Part shown: positions 60,225 through 64,000 of the stretch, piece after piece | Layout of the letters: every line of letters begins with the position of its first letter | Position numbering within the stretch: the stretch's first letter is position 1 | DNA from: Iphione sp. A-MEVVRFRX5 | Taxonomy: Eukaryota | Reading direction: 5' to 3' | NCBI GenBank assembly: GCA_976226885.1 | Contig: OZ320315.1 | Location: 96,100,001-96,164,000, forward strand | DNA: 64,000 nt | Notes under the pieces: generated by a model | Told to the model about the DNA's origin: nothing | What the model saw: only the letters and a program-made list of their open reading frames with translations | Database searches by the model: none | Translations under genes and position numbers: made by a program

Positions 60225-60886
60225 CACGCGCAGATCAGAACGAGAGCCAGTAGCTAATGGGAATAGTCAATATGCGGCCTTTATGCCAAGTGAAGCGTCA
60301 TAAAGTGGTGCCTGACAGTCGGACTCGCTGATTGGCTGATATGTTCCCCTGGTGACGACGGTAACCCCCCCGCCCTACACCATTCACGTGTAGACACATC
60401 ATCCACGCTGTCAAGTCCACTCAGTCAGCGGCCACTGGAGGGCGCTCTGAGCGCAGGTCAAGTGACTTCTCGCTCTATAGTTCGTGGTGGCTCAGGGCTC
60501 GGTGGGCAGAGCATTGGCATTTGTATCGCTATTGTTTGCTTGTACAGTGTAGGACATAATAAACCCTTTATACAGCCACATAACGAATATGAGTAATACC
60601 GATATTAATTGCTTGCAATGTCAATAGGTCCCCCTCTCACCGGTATATTGGCGACATGTCTTCATATAGTCGATTGCTGTGCAGTGTTAGTGAGGCAGAA
60701 CATGAACATGAGCATTCATATTCCTATTGTTGATTCATACAGAGATAAACCCATTCATAGTGCCACAGGGCTGATCTGTAATCCTGGTATTAAGTACTTC
60801 ATGTGCTGATATCAGCCCAGAGTGCCCCCCCCCACTCACCACACAGCAGGACATTTGCTGTAGAATAATATACGCAGAATGTGTGT

Positions 60887-60890
<4 letters not shown>

Positions 60891-60948
<58 letters not shown>

Positions 60949-60960
60949 GAAAGAGAGAGA
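60891..60960 (+). repeat. (GA)n(GACA)n compound microsatellite
   Basis: Direct reading. Confidence 0.95.
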
Positions 60961-61260
60961 GATGAAGAGACACAGAGGAACAACATAGAGATAGAGAGAG
61001 ACATACACAAAGGGGTGAGAGCAAGAAAGATAGAGAAAGGGGGACAGAGAGACATAGAGAGAGTAGAAGGCTGATCGAGAAAGAGAGAAAAATAGCTAGA
61101 GAACGAGGGAAGACAGAGAAAGGAAGAGAAGAATGATAAGGGAAGACATTGAGAGAGACATAAAGAGATAGTAGAGAAAGAGATAGAGATAAAGAGAAAG
61201 TGAGAATAAAGACAACTCGAAAAACAGAGGGACACACACACACAATATGAAAGAGGTGAG

Positions 61261-61445
61261 CAGGGCTGGGCAACCAAAGAAAAGTTGTCGCATTTTTGGA
61301 CATCTGTGTGGCAAAAACACTCTAATTTTTCTAGAGTTTGACGATCTTATCCTGGAACATAGGTGTAAAGCAAAAGAAGCTTGTCGCATTTTTTAATGTC
61401 TTTGTCGCATATTTTTTGCGACATAGCGACAATTGCCCAGCCCTG
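61261..61445. mobile_element. 185-bp hAT-like MITE with perfect 13-bp TIRs, flanked by a 6-bp direct repeat
   Basis: GGTGAG|CAGGGCTGGGCAA ... TTGCCCAGCCCTG|GGTGAG. Confidence 0.75.
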
Positions 61446-61454
61446 GGTGAGTGG

Positions 61455-61610
61455 GATGGGAGATTATATCGCCTGTAAAGGTGCTATGGTGGTGAGATGG
61501 AGGATTATATCTAATTTTAGGGTACTGTGGTGGTGAATGAGATGGAGGATTATATCTAATGTAAGGGTGCTGCGGTGGTGAGTGAGGATATCTAATATAA
61601 GGGGTAGTAT
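61455..61610 (+). repeat. ~43-bp tandem repeat, ~4 copies
   Basis: ggaggattatatctaat.taagggtgct..ggtggtga units. Confidence 0.75.
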
Positions 61611-62039
61611 GATAGCGGTATGTGCATAGTGTAAGCCGTAGGAGCTAAGGGGAAGGGGCTGAGCGTCTAGGAAGCTCCAGTTGGGATTTATCCGAATCCT
61701 TCACACTTACACAAACACACACATACTCACACGAACAATCATACAAACAAACACGCGGACAGATGGCGAGCTGCAGTGACTGCCGCTGTTATTGATGAGG
61801 GAGCATCATGGCGGACTTAGTCCTCAATGACACGGTCTACTACATGGAAATGTAGGGGAACTCGCCACCGAAAGGCCAACAGATTACCAACACACACAGG
61901 CACGGACATACATACACGTGCACATTCATCAGCAGTGGCAGTAGTCAGGATACACTCCATCTGTCTTTCCTAGTCCTCTCTCGCTCTCTATGTGCATGCC
62001 CTGCCATCGTATTTCTGCCTTCCTCTTTCCTTTTTTTCG

Positions 62040-62074
<35 letters not shown>

Positions 62075-62679
62075 TTTCATTCTTTCTTACTATCTGCCTT
62101 TCTTTCTTTATCATTCTCTTTTTTCTCGACATGTCTTTCTGTTTTTTTTACCCCTCTCTACTCCTCCGTCGCTCTTTTCTTTCTGTCGCTTCTGGCCTCT
62201 CTGTCTCTCTTTCTATCTCTCCATCCCCAGTCAGTCGTTTTCACTCTCTATCTCTCTTTCCTGTTTATGCCCACCTGCCTCTCTGTCACTCTTTCAACTC
62301 TTACCTCTCTTACGATTATTCTGCCATTCTTTCCCCCACCCTCTCTCGTCTATGCCAATCTCCCCCCTGACTTCAAGTCTCTGGCCCTCTCCATTTCTCT
62401 CCCTTAACTCTTGACTTACCTGTCAGAGATGCACCCCCTTAAACTTGAGAGGTAGACCCACTCACCAGTACAGTCATCCCAACGTAGAGTTCCTCCACAA
62501 TTTTCATTGCATTAATCTTAAGTCGATAGAAATGAGAAGATTTGAGGAGAGACATCACGTATTTGTCGTATACGAACACGGTAATGCGATACTGCGTATT
62601 CTACGGCTCGATCCCTGACGGAACTCGCGGTCCATACCTCTCTTCTGGGTTGGTTTCCTGTCCTTTCGCTGCCTTTTTC

Positions 62680-63112
62680 CACGAGGCTGGTCCCCTGTCC
62701 CTCCCAGTTTGTGCCTTTCATGAAATTGGTCTCCTGTCCCTTTGATGTCACTCTCATTAGGCTGGTCCCCTGTCCCTTTTGTTCTGTACCTCTTATGAGG
62801 CTGGTCCCCTGTCTACTCGGCCTGTCCCTCTCATGAAGCTGGTCGCCTGTCCCTTCTGTTCCTCTCATCACACTGGTCTTGTCTCCTTTGCCTGTTCTTC
62901 TCATGAGGCTGGTCCCCTCTCCCCTTGGTCTGTCCCTTTCATGGGGTTGGTCCCCTGGTCTCAAGACTGGTCTGTCTCTCCTGTGAGACTGGTCCCCTGT
63001 TCTCTGATTCTGTCTTGCCCATTAGGCTGGTCCCATGTCCTGTGATTCTGCCTTGCCCATTAGGCGTGTACCCTGCCCTCTTGGTGCGTCTCCCCTGTGA
63101 GACGGGTCCCCT
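62680..63112 (+). repeat. Minisatellite, ~39-bp unit, ~11 degenerate copies
   Basis: atgaggctggtcccctgtccc core recurring. Confidence 0.85.
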
Positions 63113-64000
63113 GATGGAACGTGCCAGTTTAGCTTATCACGTGTCTGTCAGGGGGTAGGAGCAGAAGCAACCTTAAGAAACCAGAAATAACGGCCACTCA
63201 CCACCAGCACTGGCCTCTGCCTCCCCAGCTATCACCAACAGACACACACACACATACACATACACACAAACACACAAACACACGCAGACTTACGTTTGGC
63301 AAGCATGGATTCATAGGCGCTGTTTTAGCCCTTTCATAGTACTTAACTCTCTTATTTCTCCTTTATACCAAACAAAATTGTAACATACACCATTCAGATC
63401 AAACATCCAATATTAAGTACAGTAATATTCGTACATATCCTGTGCTATTTTTATTGGATATTCCTTTTGCAGGTATGGTTGTTATATTTTGGTTGTTTAA
63501 TATACGGTACTAGCTTCGGGGCAGGTTTGTCTGTTTAAACATTAACGCGAGTTCCGCCAGCGTTGTACCCGGCGTGTAGAGAGGGGTAGGTTGATGGCAC
63601 GATAGCCCGGTCTGGGGGAAGGTGCCAGCAGGTTCGTTTAGAAGTCATCAGTTGAAGTGAACATACCAGCAGGCCACCCTGGGTACAAGCCCGAACTAAT
63701 AGACTGATAGTAAGATAAGGGGAGGCCGCTGGTAGTAGTAAGTAGCCAGTACGGCGGGGGGGGGAGGGGGGTAGGGCTTGCAGGTAACAACTGTCTACAA
63801 ACACATACCTAAGAGGTACGTGATAAGACATGGTATTTACTGGCTACTAGCGCCGGCTTTGAAGCTGACACCCAGTTGATGGCGTAGTACATGAGTAGAT
63901 CGCAGAGGAGGCCAGACCTGCAAAGAACCCAGATTCCTCTGGTCCCACAGGTGGTTTCCTACAGAAACGTTAGCTGTATATTCCGACTAAATAAAGCAAT

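Noticed and set aside
61808-61855. Short ORF MADLVLNDTVYYMEM with good Kozak context
   Set aside because: Fifteen codons with no recognisable homology; cannot be distinguished from noise.

Overview
Eukaryotic (invertebrate animal) genomic window, not prokaryotic. Bases 1 to 18476 are the right-hand part of a large, nearly intact endogenous Polinton/Maverick (adintovirus-like) element. Its core module on + holds a protein-primed DNA polymerase B (5'-truncated by the window edge), packaging ATPase (one -1 frameshift), retroviral-type integrase with chromodomain, penton, basic core protein, double jelly-roll major capsid protein and adenain protease. An accessory module follows, then a terminal region ending in ...ACTACT at 18476. 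Unusual cargo: a NADAR/YbiA-like domain fused to the polymerase C-terminus; a perfectly folded, compensatorily diverged tRNA-Phe(GAA) gene; two divergent mini-LRR type I membrane proteins, one probably spliced to a ~1,200-aa Pro-rich tail with NPF motifs and six RRSxRL repeats; a spliced PC4-like/Zn protein; a BIR-only IAP; an orphan ORF. The rest is host DNA: two convergent EamA/SLC35G-like transporter paralogues, a decayed Academ transposon with TIRs (carrying a nested hammerhead-like motif), LINE/SINE relics, MITEs, tandem repeats, the first coding exon of a KIF16B-like kinesin-3 gene with ~20 kb of repeat-rich intron, and one 138-N gap. All family assignments come from motifs recognised by eye; no searches were run, so novelty is unverified.
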